Of a DNA stretch of 64,000 nt, positions 40,981-53,524 are shown piece by piece (positions within the stretch are counted from its first letter, which is position 1; every line of letters starts with the position of its first letter). Under the pieces are notes generated by a model. That model was not told the DNA's origin, made no database searches, and saw nothing but the letters and a program-made list of their open reading frames with translations. Source of the stretch: Neoconidiobolus thromboides FSU 785 (Eukaryota > Fungi > Entomophthoromycota). The stretch lies in NCBI GenBank assembly GCA_025603075.1, contig MU626296.1, positions 75,029-139,028 on the forward strand, in the 5' to 3' direction. The position numbers and the translations under genes are program-made.

Positions 40981-41571
40981 TTAAAGTTCATCAAGTAACG
41001 ATAAAGTATCTTGAAGTTCTTTCTTGGTAGCTTCTAAAGTTTCTTCAAGTGCTTTGTTCTTATCTTCCCATTGATTGATTTCTCTGTTAAACTTGATAAG
41101 AGTTTTTTCTAAATGCTCAGCTTTAATGTCGCTTTGTCTTATGCTAAAATTACCAGGTTAAACTAATTTTGAATATAAAGATATAGACTATACCTATCTA
41201 AAGTTTCACTAAGCTTAAGTTTGTTCTCTTCGATCTGTGCTTCAGTCTCATTAATAATATCATTAAGTTGATCAGCATCTTCAATATTTCCAGGAGTACC
41301 TTCTAAAGCCTTATGTTCTTCAGCACGTTTTCCTATTTTCAGAAGTTCCATCTGTAATAAAGTTACGCGAGACTTTAAGTTAAGGATTTCTTGATCTCTT
41401 TCTTGTTGAGAACCTTTAGCGATCTTGAGCTTAGCTTCATTTTCTTCAGCTTTAGAAATAAGACTGTCGGACTCTTCACGAAGAGCACTAAGTTTCTAAT
41501 TTAAAGTTAATTTAATAAAGATCACTTATACAATACAAGCAAATTACTTCTTTAAATTTTTCCATAGCCAT
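40981..41571 (-). CDS. TPM1: Tropomyosin (fungal Tpm/Cdc8 type), 3 exons, about 160 aa
   Basis: MAMEKFKEKLSALREESD...DQEILNLKSRVTLL...IRQSDIKAEHLEK...QWEDKNKALEETLEATKKELQDTLSLLDEL*; DxKAEHxE and the N-terminal M[D/E]KxKEKL are typical. Confidence 0.88.
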
Positions 41572-41787
41572 TTTTACACTTAATAATTAATAAAGCAAAA
41601 TTAAGCTCCTATCCTTTCCCTCTCAATATTTAAATCTAGGTAGAGCACGCTGATTGGTTATTTCATATTTCATATTTCAACTAGAACAAAAAGTGAATCA
41701 TCAAAAAAGAAGCCAATAATAAGCTTCAAAGTTTTAGCGGAAAAAATAGCAAAATAAAAATTTGGATATGAACTCAAAAAACAATGG

Positions 41788-41884
41788 TATTGTAAGTGCT
41801 TTTTCTTTGTTTCATCATTTTCTCTTTTTTAAAGTGCTATTGAAGAAAAAAGATGTTAATAATTTCGAAAAAAAATCCCCCTAA
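41788..41884 (+). mobile_element. MITE family A copy (degenerate)
   Basis: ...ttgtttcatcattttctcttttttaaagtgctattgaagaaaaaagatgttaataatttcg...aaaTCCCCCta. Confidence 0.5.
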
Positions 41885-41900
41885 TTACAAGTCAATAATA

Positions 41901-42275
41901 TAGGCTGTTAAGCTTAAGCTGAAAGGTCTTAGATGTCAAACAAAAATATATCTTCAATAAATAAAAAAGTTTTTCGCCAAATATTAGGCAGATTTATCCT
42001 TAGTTACAACTTCTTAGCTCTGTTGTGACCTAATTAGCGATAATTTTGAAGTCAAATATTTGATAATTTAATTTTTAAAGTTCAATTTACATTTGAATCG
42101 ATTTTAGCAAAACTCTAGCCTTGAGTAAATTGTTAATTAGATTGTAATGTAAGATGTAAAGCTGTAATTGAAAATAAATCTTCCTTTGATATTTATGGGG
42201 TGGTATATCTTATTATTTATCGAAGATCTATTTTTGTTTGATATCTAAGATCTTTCAGCTTAAACAAACGACCTA
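41901..42275. mobile_element. MITE-like family B element with ~65-bp terminal inverted repeats
   Basis: 41901-41964 versus reverse complement of 42213-42275: 51-nt core TTAAGCTGAAAG.TCTTAGAT.TCAAACAAAAATA.ATCTTC.ATAAATAA with 4 mismatches; ends TAGG...CCTA flanked by TA. Confidence 0.75.
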
Positions 42276-42416
42276 TATAATCAAAGTTGTAAGTTCAAGC
42301 AATCTGATTTTTTTTATAAGTAGTATTTTACAATTACAATTATAGCTAAAAAAATTTAAATAAACTAAAATAAAAATTTTAGGAAATAAGCAAGGTAAAT
42401 ATAAATAAAGTTCAAT

Positions 42417-42521
42417 ACATGGGGATGTTTTTTTGGTTTCATTATTTTTTTCACTTTTTAAGTGCTAATTGGGCGGAAAGATTATTAGTAAGGCTTAAAA
42501 AAATACATCCCCCCCACATAT
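42417..42521 (+). mobile_element. MITE family A copy
   Basis: acatGGGGATGT...ACATCCCCCCCacatat. Confidence 0.8.
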
Positions 42522-42708
42522 GGAAATTTTTTCAATCTTGCTCACTTTTGTTGAAAATTATCTAAAATTTCTCTAATTAAGTTTATTTAAATTTATTTTT
42601 GCTATAATTATAATTTGTTAAAATATTGTGTATAAAAAAGAAAAGTACTAAATTGTTTAAATTTTTTAAAATGTAATATTACTGTATCATAATAGAGTAC
42701 TTTACATT

Positions 42709-42809
42709 AGATAGGATGTTTTTTTTGGTTCATTACTTTTTCCTTTTTTAAGTGTTGTTTAATAGAAAGATTGTTGGTAAAATTCTTAAATAAAAATACA
42801 TTCTTAGAT
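42709..42809 (+). mobile_element. MITE family A copy (degenerate ends)
   Basis: atAGGATGTtttttttggttcattactttttcc...ttgttggtaaaattcttaaataaaaatACATTCTT. Confidence 0.7.
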
Positions 42810-43176
42810 TAAATTTTTGGACTATAGAACTATATTACAATAATATTTTCAGACAAGATATTTGAAATAAATATTTAAAGGTCATCCTGTAAATAATACA
42901 AAATGGGCAAAAAAAATCATACAAGGACAAAAGGTTAACTTTCTAACTGTCTTCATAATAGCATATATTTATAATAACAATATATCAAAAGCTATACTAA
43001 ACTTCACCATACTTTTAATTTAGGCAATATATTTTTTATAAATCAGTAACAATAATTATAAGCATAAAATGTTTTTGTTAATATTAAATTAGATTAAACT
43101 GACACATTATTTACCTTATTCAAATTCAAAATTCTCAATAATAAGCATTGTTAATAACAAAATTAGTGATTGTTTA

Positions 43177-44649
43177 TTAAACCTTCAAATAAACAAAATA
43201 AATTATAAGGCCAAAGACTAATATAGTGACAAAAATGGCAGGGAAAATATAATTTAGGATGTTCTTTTTAGCCACACCATCCTTTTCTAACTCCTTGTTC
43301 TCATCCAAAATGGCTTTTCTTTTGTCGCTATTAACATTCCAAATCCATTTATTTTCCTTAAAGTCTATAAAATTATAAGCAAAGATAAGTAAAATTACAA
43401 CGCACGATTGTATAACAAACATGAGTAAAACGTTATCATAAGAACCATGATCTCTATCTTGTATCCTTCCAGCTATAATTGCAAATAAACTTACACCAGC
43501 ATTTAAAGCACTTTGATGAAAACCAAACGCTGCACCAGTTAACCTCTTTGGCAAAATCAATGGGACAGAAGATGCTAATGAGACTGGGCCAATAGCAATT
43601 GAAATAGAATACAGTACTAAAGCAACAGCAGGTTCAATGTAAGTAAATCTAATTAATGACATTGCAACTAAAAGAAGTCCTGATGCTGTAAACAAAATAA
43701 TTCCACGGAAGCCAAATATTTCAATAAAAGCCCCAGTAATGGGTGCTAAAGCAATAGGAAAAACTAATGATATAGTTGAATACCATCCTGCTTTGGTTTC
43801 ATCGTGTAAAAACTTAAGTTTGAGCAACTCAGGTGCAATTTGTAAAAATGGGGTCCATACACCACCAATTGTAAAATTGATCAAAGGTAATAGCCAAAAT
43901 CTTCTGGGCAAATCAAATATCCCTTTTATACTTATTTTCTTCTTTTCCTTTAACTTCTCAATTTCTTCTTCATTAAACCCTCTTTCTGCCTTTTTTACTA
44001 AAAATATATATGAGAAATTGATAATCCAACTAAGGGCTGCTAATCCAAATGCAAGCCAAAATGGATTAGCAAATGAGGCACTACTATATACTAAACTAGC
44101 ACCAGCCCCTTGGGCAGCAACTGCAAACACCTTTGAAGATGCAAATGATAGGCCTATTACAAACGATAAACCTCTACCACGAAACCAATGTGATAATATA
44201 ACCTCTTGTGCTACTACAGTACAACCATGTCCTAAACCAAATACTACTCGACCTAATATCATAACCCAAAACAGTCTAGAATAAGCACCAAGGGCCACAA
44301 TCAAGTTCCCCAAGGTTGTTAAGGTAGTTGCTATTAATGAGCCCTTATCTGTACCAAACATATCCATAAATAAACCACCAAACAAAGGCATAAATGAATT
44401 AACGATGAATAACCCAGCATCTAATGACCCATACTGTGTATTATCAATTTTTAACTCCGATTTAAGTTTAGCCTTTAATGAGTTTACAACATTACTCCCA
44501 AAATGGCCACCAGCTGCTAAAAGTAAAGTACATGCTAAAGCTAATGCTTTAAAGTACCAGGTCGAGCTTTCTAGTTGGACACTTGAATTAGTTTCTTCAT
44601 TCTTTTCAGTATGACCTTCTATTGCTTTTTCATTTCTGCCTTCAGCCAT
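43177..44649 (-). CDS. Major facilitator superfamily transporter, MFSD1-like, intronless, 490 aa
   Basis: About 12 hydrophobic segments; IDNTQYGSL...MPLFGGLFMD, ILGRVVFGLG, SHWFRGRGLSF, GAAFGFHQSALNAG resemble the MFSD1 family. Confidence 0.88.
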   Translation of the reverse strand: MAEGRNEKAIEGHTEKNEETNSSVQLESSTWYFKALALACTLLLAAGGHFGSNVVNSLKAKLKSELKIDNTQYGSLDAGLFIVNSFMPLFGGLFMDMFGTDKGSLIATTLTTLGNLIVALGAYSRLFWVMILGRVVFGLGHGCTVVAQEVILSHWFRGRGLSFVIGLSFASSKVFAVAAQGAGASLVYSSASFANPFWLAFGLAALSWIINFSYIFLVKKAERGFNEEEIEKLKEKKKISIKGIFDLPRRFWLLPLINFTIGGVWTPFLQIAPELLKLKFLHDETKAGWYSTISLVFPIALAPITGAFIEIFGFRGIILFTASGLLLVAMSLIRFTYIEPAVALVLYSISIAIGPVSLASSVPLILPKRLTGAAFGFHQSALNAGVSLFAIIAGRIQDRDHGSYDNVLLMFVIQSCVVILLIFAYNFIDFKENKWIWNVNSDKRKAILDENKELEKDGVAKKNILNYIFPAIFVTILVFGLIIYFVYLKV

Positions 44650-45796
44650 TTTTTAAATTTGAATTAAAGATGCTTTTTTTTTATATTGATACTCCTTTTT
44701 ATAATGTATTATGCATGATATTAATTTTATCAGATAAAGCTATAAGGTTTATTTTTTAAAGATAAAAAATTAAATTAAATTACATCTGATAAGGTTTAAA
44801 TATACAATATTGTCTTAAATTTTATCATCTTTGAATACAACTAGTTCTGTTAAATAGCTTAATTAACAATTAGCTATTTTAAGAAAAGTCAATAGCATTT
44901 ATTTATAATATTATAATTATAAACTACCTTAGGTTAGAATCAAATGATATTATGCAGATTTATTAGGTTAAAAAGATTACATGATAATATTTTATAGTTA
45001 ACTATAGCTTATGTAAGGTTATAAAATACTATACTATATTTAATAACTTCCGATTTGATATTTTATAAAATTTTGATTAACTTTGTTTGATCTAATCTTT
45101 GTTTAAGATCATTTTAAAACTGGTAATTTACGCTCTTTTTATTCCCGTAATCAAGCCTTAAACTATACTTTAATTTTGTGAAGTCATGAAAGAACAAATC
45201 AACTCCTCACCTTTCATTTGAGAAGAAAGGTGTTTTTTGTAGACATTAGTGATGAGGGGGAAAGTTAAAGGGAAAAACTGGGAGATAAAGTAAAATTAAA
45301 GAATATAATGGATTTTAACTTAAAAACATTTCCCAATGGAGGGATACCTTTTTCCATCCAATATTTTTTACTTATATAGATAAAATTAGAAAAAATCCTT
45401 AAGCTAATATTGAAACAAGCTATCAAATATTTTTCCTAATTTATTAATGAATTCCTCCACTTTATTGCATAAAAACAGATGAAAAATATGACAAAATAAG
45501 ACATCCCCATTTTAAATTTATTACTACTTCCGTTTCATAGATTATCTTATTCTTTTTGTTAAACATTGATCTTTTAAGCAAAGGCTTTTGAAAAAGTGTG
45601 TTAATACTATTATTTGGTATTCTCATTTCATTAAAATAATAGATATAACAATATAAAAATATTTTTGTTTAATAAAAAAGCTCTAAAGTTTGAAAATGTT
45701 TTTATATTTTGATTATTAGAATAAACCCACTCATTTTCTTTAAATTACTCTTGTTATTGCTTTTGCAATAAATTGAAAAAGTTAAACTCCGGATTC

Positions 45797-45898
45797 ATAT
45801 GAGGACATATTTTTGTGTTTAAGAATTTTATTAACGAATTTTCCACTCAAATAGCCCTTAAAAAATGGAAAAAAGTGAAGCCAAAAACATCCTTATAT
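45797..45898 (-). mobile_element. MITE family A copy (reverse)
   Basis: atatGAGGACAT...ttccactcaaatagcccttaaaaaatggaaaaaagtgaagccaaaaACATCCTTatat. Confidence 0.78.
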
Positions 45899-45932
45899 TA
45901 ACTTATATTATTGATAAATAGGTATATAGGGG

Positions 45933-46038
45933 TATAAGGGTATTTTTTTTGACTTGATTACCTTTTACATTTTTCAAGGGCTATTTGAACAGAAAATTTG
46001 TTAGTAAAATTCTTAAACACAAAAACACATTCCCGTAT
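45933..46038 (+). mobile_element. MITE family A copy
   Basis: ...tttttttgacttgattaccttttacatttttcaagggctatttgaacagaaaatttgttagtaaaattcttaaacacaaaaacACATTCCCgtat. Confidence 0.75.
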
Positions 46039-46183
46039 AATCAGTATATAATTAATATATAATCAATAGCTTTTTTTATAAATCTCTTTGCTTTTAAATA
46101 AAAATGTAAGGATTACTAGTTGTAATAGTATTTTTTTTGAAATTTTAATGAGGAATTGATTTTACATAATAAAATGTAAACAA

Positions 46184-46283
46184 CAGGGGATATATTTTTT
46201 CAAATAATTTTACTAATAATATTTCTACCCAAACAACCCTTAAAAAAACGAAAAGTAATGGAAACTAGAAAAGAAATACTCAA
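46184..46283 (-). mobile_element. MITE family A copy (reverse, degenerate)
   Basis: GGGGATAT...ttttactaataatatttctacccaaacaacccttaaaaaaacgaaaagtaatggaaac. Confidence 0.6.
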
Positions 46284-46562
46284 CGAATGCAGACTATTTT
46301 TAGCATAAATTTTTTCATTATTGCAATTCTGTTCTGTATATTGATGGTTTTGACTTTAACTAAAAAACAAAGTAACTGATGAAAAGGGTTATATTTGGAC
46401 AAAAAATTAGAAGTAGATATATATTGTTGTATTCAAGTTATGAAGAGTTCTAATTATTAAGAGCTGTTTTAACACACTTTCAAATTTAAAGGTTTAAATA
46501 TCAAATATAATCAATTTTTATTAAATAATTAATTTTGATAAATATCAAAACATACAACTATG

Positions 46563-49500
46563 TTATTTCTTTGACATCAGATCTAATTTATAAAGTTATA
46601 AGTTTTTTTGTGATTTATTTAAATCCTACCTTTCCATTTTTTACTATTGAGTTGTTGAATATAACTACTAGCTGTCTCTTGATCCATTTCTTCTGTAGAA
46701 ACCATACTTATATTAGAATGAGAGCTACTAAAATAAAATTAGGTTTTAAGGTATTCTTGTGAAACAAACTTACTCTCCACTAAGTGAATAGAAACTAGTA
46801 CTTGGGTGAATCGAAAGTGGTGATGCGATTATTATACTATCGGTACTCTTTTCATTTGAATTTGGACTTATAATGTTTATTTGAAGTGTTGGGCCTAATA
46901 ATAATTTAGTTATATTTATATATAAGACTAGTTTACTTTACTTTTTACTGCCTCTTTTTCTCTTTTCTCTTGAAGGTAAGCTAAAAATTTTCTTCGTAAA
47001 ACAAACGTTTGTAACAATCCTATAACCTTCTCCATATGCATTTGAAATAGTACTTCTTCTTTTAATTTATTATATTTTATAAGGTCTGATATTTCAAATG
47101 ATGATAATGGATCTATAAGCATTTCTCTCGATAGCGTTGATAATGCATCATTAAAATGAATGCCTCTCCCAGGTTTGATTAACAGTCTCAACTCATGATA
47201 TATTCTATTTAAACGCAACTTTTTCTCTTTACATTCTCTTTCACTCATTGTCCTTAATAAACTATTTAATACTTTTAAATTTGGTGCTTCTTGATTATAT
47301 GCCCCGTCTTTATTGCTACTTGGGTTGTTGAACTTACTACATTCTACTAGGTTTGAAATAGAATATATTTTGTTGTAAATTTTACACTCAAATGGCTCTT
47401 TGAGTTTCATCAAGAACGGTACTAAGTTTCTAAGGGGAATATATTCACTTCGCTTAAGGTCATATTTTATCCATGCTGATTTATAATCTCTTATTTGGTC
47501 TCTAGAAAGCATATCCGTGGTTGTTGCTTCTCCATCTTTTTCATCATTAATTTCATAGCAAAAAGAAAAATTGTCCACTATAACACCAACAAACATATTT
47601 AAGAAGATATACATGGATAGGATATTAAATGACATGAACAAAAAATAGCTCCAAGCAGGAGAGCCACAGTCTGAGGTCAAGAAATTACTTTTATTATCGA
47701 TTACGCATTCTGGTGCCTGGGTTGTAAAATCATACATTACACTGTTCCATCCTTCACCTTGAGAAAATCTTACTAATAGTAGCAAGGTATTAAGAGGAGT
47801 ATAGAAATTGACATAACTTTCTGTTCCATTTACACCAACTTTAGTATTTCCAAACACTTGTATAAAACAAACCGCATACACTAAAAATAGAATCACCCAT
47901 ACGAACAAGAGATTTAAAATACTCTTAGCACTTGCTTTAAGGGTTAAAAATAATTGATGTAATCCATCAAACATTGACATTAATCTCAATGATATAAATA
48001 TCAAAAATAAATTTACAACATTATGGGAATGTCTACTATCAATCATTGCAAACCTTATCACACATAACGCCAAGGTAGAAGTTACTAGTGCAAAGTATAA
48101 TATATTTGATAAGTTGCGGAAGTATACATTAGCTTTAAGCCCAATGATTTTAATTACAACTTCAGCTGCACAAATGGACGTAAGTACTACAAATATAATT
48201 GCTTTAATATATAACTCTTTTGTACTCATACCTGACCTTTCTGTTGCTAATGTTACAAAAATTAAAAAGTAAATTACACCCATAAATTTTGTAAACCAGG
48301 TTTTCTTGGTTGTAGCTAATTCATGGCAATAAGCCACAAATTGGTTTTTAGGAGCTGTTTCACGAAGCTTTGAAGGCTTTATATTTTTTATGATTTTTTC
48401 AAAATCTTTCCATCTTCTTTGCTCCGAAGATAACAATGCGGATCCAGAACGAGTTGTGAAGTTATCAATAATAACTGAAACAAAAAGAGAAAGTACCGAA
48501 ACTGAAACCATGAAGTTGAAGGTTATAATGATAAAAGAATGATACCAAGAGACATAACTTTCTGGCTGTAAACCAAGGCCTTTTACCTTCATGGAATTTT
48601 GCATAACATCAGTCCATCCTTCACCTGAAGTAATTTGAAAAAGTATGTTCAAAGCGGATGAAAATGAATCAAAACTATATTTCCAAGGATTGGCCCATAC
48701 CCTTGGGGTAGTTAATCCGTTAGAAGGATTTACAAATTCCCCTATACACTCAGTAACACCACTTACATTGTCATCATTACAACTATAAAATAATCCTCTG
48801 AATACATTCTGAAGGTAAATTGACCATGGTATTAAGAAACTAAGTGCAATTAATGCTGCTTCAAACAATTTACTAAAGCCAGAAACTAAAACTGCATCAA
48901 GCGTAAACTTTGCAGTATTTGAGAAATTAATTAACCGAAGCACTCGAAGCGATTTTCCAGCTCTAGCAAACCTAGAAAGTCCCTCTGCTTTACTAAACTT
49001 AGCATAGTAGTCAATAAATGAAATGACTAAGGCAATAAAATAAGGGATATTCCAAAAATTCTGAAGATAAGCATTTGGGGTAAATAGTAGTCCATCGGCG
49101 ATTGCATGAATTGCAACATCAACACCAAAAATGATCAGAAATATGGCATCAGAAATGATAAAAGGATTTGATAAGCCTCCACTATCAATTTCAACCATGA
49201 TTTTAGGGGTCTGAAATAAAGTAAAACCAATATTTACAATAACTGATATAACCATAAATACAAAATAAAATTTCTGAAGGATCCAAGCAAAACTGAGAGA
49301 TGGGAAAGGATAATTAGGGTGGTCATGGGAACCTGAAATCATCTGGCAGATCCTTCTAAGTCTTGAACTTCTTGAAAATAAAAAGAAGGATTTATCATAA
49401 GTTGGATGTACTTCCATGAATTCTTCCCTTTGTAAAGAAAGCTGTTCATATCCGTAAGGCTTTACCTTTGGTTCTTGTGTATCATTTTGAGCAATGAAGG

Positions 49501-52500
49501 TCAAAAGCCTCCCATGAACAGTTTCTTCATTTACAGAGTCCATTGCCAAATGTTTATTTGCTTTTTTGTTAAAATGATCCATTTTAATAACTTCCTTGAA
49601 ATTAAACTTCTCAATCCTTTCCATGAGAGAAGATTTATGTTTAACTTTTTCGGATTTTTGTTTATAATGTTTAAGAAATTGTTCAGCATCAAAGGCCTTT
49701 AAATCTAAAATTAGACTGTCTGGAATACCATGAACTTTGAGTTTTTGTGGATCTGGTTTTATATATTTATAAATGTTCCAAGGACTAAGATAATTATTAA
49801 TTCTTTTGATATCAAGTTGCAAACTATTAAAATAGTTTTCAAGTTGTATTCTACGCTTCTCTTTATCACTAAGCTCTAAATTTTCAACTAATACTGCAAC
49901 AAATAAATTGACCAATATGAAATTGGAAAGTGCAAAAAACATGAATATAAATATCACGGCTACCACAGAAAATACAAGGTCTTTTTGTGAGTCTAACAAT
50001 ATATAAAGAACTTTGGACCAATCTTCTCCAGAAAATACTTGGTACAAAGCCAAGAAACTCCACCCAAAGCTATCAAATCTTTGGAAAATCTCATCATCGC
50101 CATCTTTTTCAGGAACAAGGCCCCCAAACAACTGTATCGCAATTGCAGAACATAAAAATATCAAAGTAAACACGAATAAAACCATATTACCGATGGCTTG
50201 TATACCACTAGCAATTTTCATCAACAAGCTTCTAACGATTGGGATCATCCAAACTAATCTATAAGTCCTTACTACTTGAAATATAGTAAAATACTTATAA
50301 CTCTCAAATCCAGATGCAAGGTTAATCATAGTAACTACCAAGTTTATAATAGCTAAAGAAGCATCAAATATATTATAAGCTTTTTTAAAAAATTGAGAAG
50401 ACAAGAAGTATCTCAGTATAATTTCAATAAAAAATAAACAATTTATGACCGTTTCTGAGATTTCTGTCAAATTTCATTAAAGTTAGCTTAATCAATTAAA
50501 TATAAAAATAAATTTACCTAACATTCGAACCTCATTATCTGAAGTATGACTATTTTTTGATCCAAGGACTCCTAAGTTAACAGCAATTAACAACAACCAA
50601 AAATATTTGTTTATAGTATATAATGTTTTTTTATCAAAGCAGCCATATGACTTGGATTTAGTGGTCAAAGGGGATGTCGCAGCTTCTTTCTCTAAATCTC
50701 TGGTGCTTGTTATCCTTCCAACATCTTCGTAATGATTTTCCAACTCATTATGTTTGTTTACTTCGTCAATAAGGTCAATTGGCCTAAAGTTAGCATTAGG
50801 GTAATAGTTTTTATAGTTTGGAAATAATGTCATACTTTTTTTTAATTGAGGCACTAATCTGATTACTTCTTATGCTCCCAAAGACTTGCGATATGACGGC
50901 AACAAACATATTTAACAACCAAAAATTAATTGCAATGATTAATGAAATAAAATAGACTGAAGCCCCGCTACTAGTCCCATAAAATACAGAATACATTATA
51001 TCTGACCAGGATTGACCTTATAAAACAAGGATTTAACTAAAGTTGTAAAATATAAAATAATAAAATCACCTGTTCCAATGATAAATACATAAATAAATGA
51101 TCGAAACATGGTATGAAATCCTGTTTGACGATTATCCGCATCTTTCATTTCCTAAATAAGTTTAATAAATTATTACATTGTAAATTCACATTTAAATTAC
51201 TGCACATATTTGCCCTACAGGACACGTATATCCGCCCGTTGCTCGTGCGTCGCTAAATGAATTTGTAACTATTTCACTAGAAGGAAATTTTACAGTAATA
51301 TCATCAACAAGGTATGAGCCACATATTTGATCAAATATTGTCGGCTCTTCTTTATAACCTGAATTTATATCATTTGGATCATCTTATGTAATTTACTAGT
51401 TTATTTATATTCGTTAATTATAAGGAATTATCTTACTCAACTCAAAGCATTTATATTTCAAAGAATCTTGATAAAATGTCGTACCGATTATACTTAACAA
51501 AAAATACAAATTAGTTTAATAAGAGTGACTAAAAATAATTAGCTACCTATACGCTAGTAAGAAGAATGCTATTATTGTAAAGACATTGATAAGCAATGGC
51601 CCACTCGTTTTCAGAGATTTGAGGATTACCTAATAAAAAGATTCTATTAGCAAATATTTTGCAACTTAAAAATACTGAATACTTGAGAACTTGAAGCAAA
51701 GTTCAATAGTCTAAATATTCTTAATGAACTCAATGACACGATTATTCCAAGGGCATATCCTTTTAAGTGAGAAAAAGTCGTAAATTTAAAAATCCAAAAA
51801 GAAATAATGCAAAAAAGATCAAGTCTATTAAAACTTTTTCTCAAATAGGCTGAACGAGTTGAATAGATACGACTACTAATAGCATCATTTAATCCAACAT
51901 TGATATATTCCTTATTATTTTTTTTTGGATATTTGATTCCATCATAAATAAGGCCTCCAACAATAATTCTCGCAAATGATTCTAAACTAAAGTGAAAAGT
52001 GAAATTAGTTAATATATAATAATATATAAATAACAGCTACGTATATATAATGAAAATCATAGGTAATATAATATTATTGGATGCCCCGAAAAAATTCCCA
52101 TTATCTGTTGAAGATATTGATTTTGTAGTAGTCGCAAGTGTTAGGAAATGTAAAATAACTATTAAAGTCAGAAAAACTTCGATGATTCTATTAAGTTATA
52201 AGTTAATAGATGTGGTAGCTTTATACAATAATGTTACTCTGATCTTAATAAATATGCTAAAAATCTTCTAATTTTATTTGTAGGTGAAAATATCCTCAAG
52301 GTATTTCCTGTTAAAATTGGCCTTGATACATCACTTTTTTCACTATATAAACCTGTTGAGTACCCTATTGGAAGTGACATTGTTCTCGATGCGGCTCTCT
52401 TTAGTAATATCCATAAAGAGTTGATGTAATAAAACATAAGTGGGAACCTTGAAAGAAGGGTTTTGGTCTCCTTTTTATCTTTTGATTTTGTTTTAACGGA

Positions 52501-52749
52501 TTCTTTATATCCATTTTTCGTGTCTGAAACTTTTACTTTTTCTGTATCCCCAGAATCCATATTGAAAAGATTGGAAGACTCTTTATTTTTTAGTGGAGTT
52601 ATTGAATTTATACTTTCTGGTCTATAACTTTCGTATATACTAGTATTACTTTTACGATGCTCTGGTTGAATATTTAAAGTATTGGAATTCCTTATTTGGC
52701 TTAAAGGTATATTTTCACTATTTTTATTTTTATTGAAGAAATGTTCCAT
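46563..52749 (-). CDS. CCH1: Cch1-type four-domain voltage-gated-like calcium channel, multi-exon
   Basis: Four repeats with S4-like segments (SLRIFRLL, VVRTYRLV, KSLRVLRLI, ISLRLMS) and pore loops TGQSW, SGEDW, SGEGW, QGEGW; WANPWKYSFDSF, YMFLNMFVGVIVDNFSF-like segment; 3' exons traced to TAA at 46563; ATG at 52749 (the track start is GTG). Confidence 0.93.
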
Positions 52750-53524
52750 AATACTTAATAGCACATCAAAAGAAAAGACAAGAAAAAGTGGTGAAATAGA
52801 AATAACCTTATTGTTCTTTTATTGAAGCCAGAACTTTTCCAAATGGGGTTATTTTCATGAACACGAATATTCAACGGTACAATAAACTTCATCTATGCAA
52901 AAATCAATTAAAACCACTTTAATCATAAAATTAAAAAAGTTTACATTAAAGGTCATATAATATGAGTAAAATATGAATAAACTTAATATTTAGAATAAAA
53001 CTAGTATTATTAAGCTTCTAATAATTATCTATTATCTTAATTTCCAAACTTATAGCTTATTTATATAAAAACTTTTTCCAAAGTTACTAATCTTTTTTGA
53101 AATATTATTTTCAAAGTATTTAAAAGTGAAAATACCTTAATTAGCCATATTTGACTAGCTGCTGCAACTTTAAGGATTATTTACTTATAACATTAAAAAC
53201 TGGATACACTTAATATTTGTTTAAAGCAAGAATATCATAAAGTTAAAGTATATAAAAGAATAAAGCTTGTATTGGCCTTAAAGAATGATACTCTAACTTA
53301 AAATAATAGAATAAAGTTTGCTTTTTTTCTTTGAAAAATATAATATAATAAAGTAGCGCAATATGAGAAAAACTAAATAAAATAACTAATTTCTATTACT
53401 ATTGATATTTTTGAACTTTTTAAAGTCCTTTTATTATAAACTATACAAGCGATAAAAGGGTATATGATATTAATTTGTAATGTTAAAAATGCAACTTATA
53501 AAAGATATATTCTATTTTTATTAT

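Noticed and set aside
43739-44614. 181-aa and 69-aa plus-strand ORFs
   Set aside because: Antisense shadows of the MFS transporter.
44852-44879. AT-rich hairpin AAATAGCT...AGCTATTT
   Set aside because: Expected by chance at this AT content.
45208-45232. 8-bp hairpin CACCTTTC/GAAAGGTG and purine-rich stretch upstream of the MFS gene
   Set aside because: Single short stem, no second supporting element.
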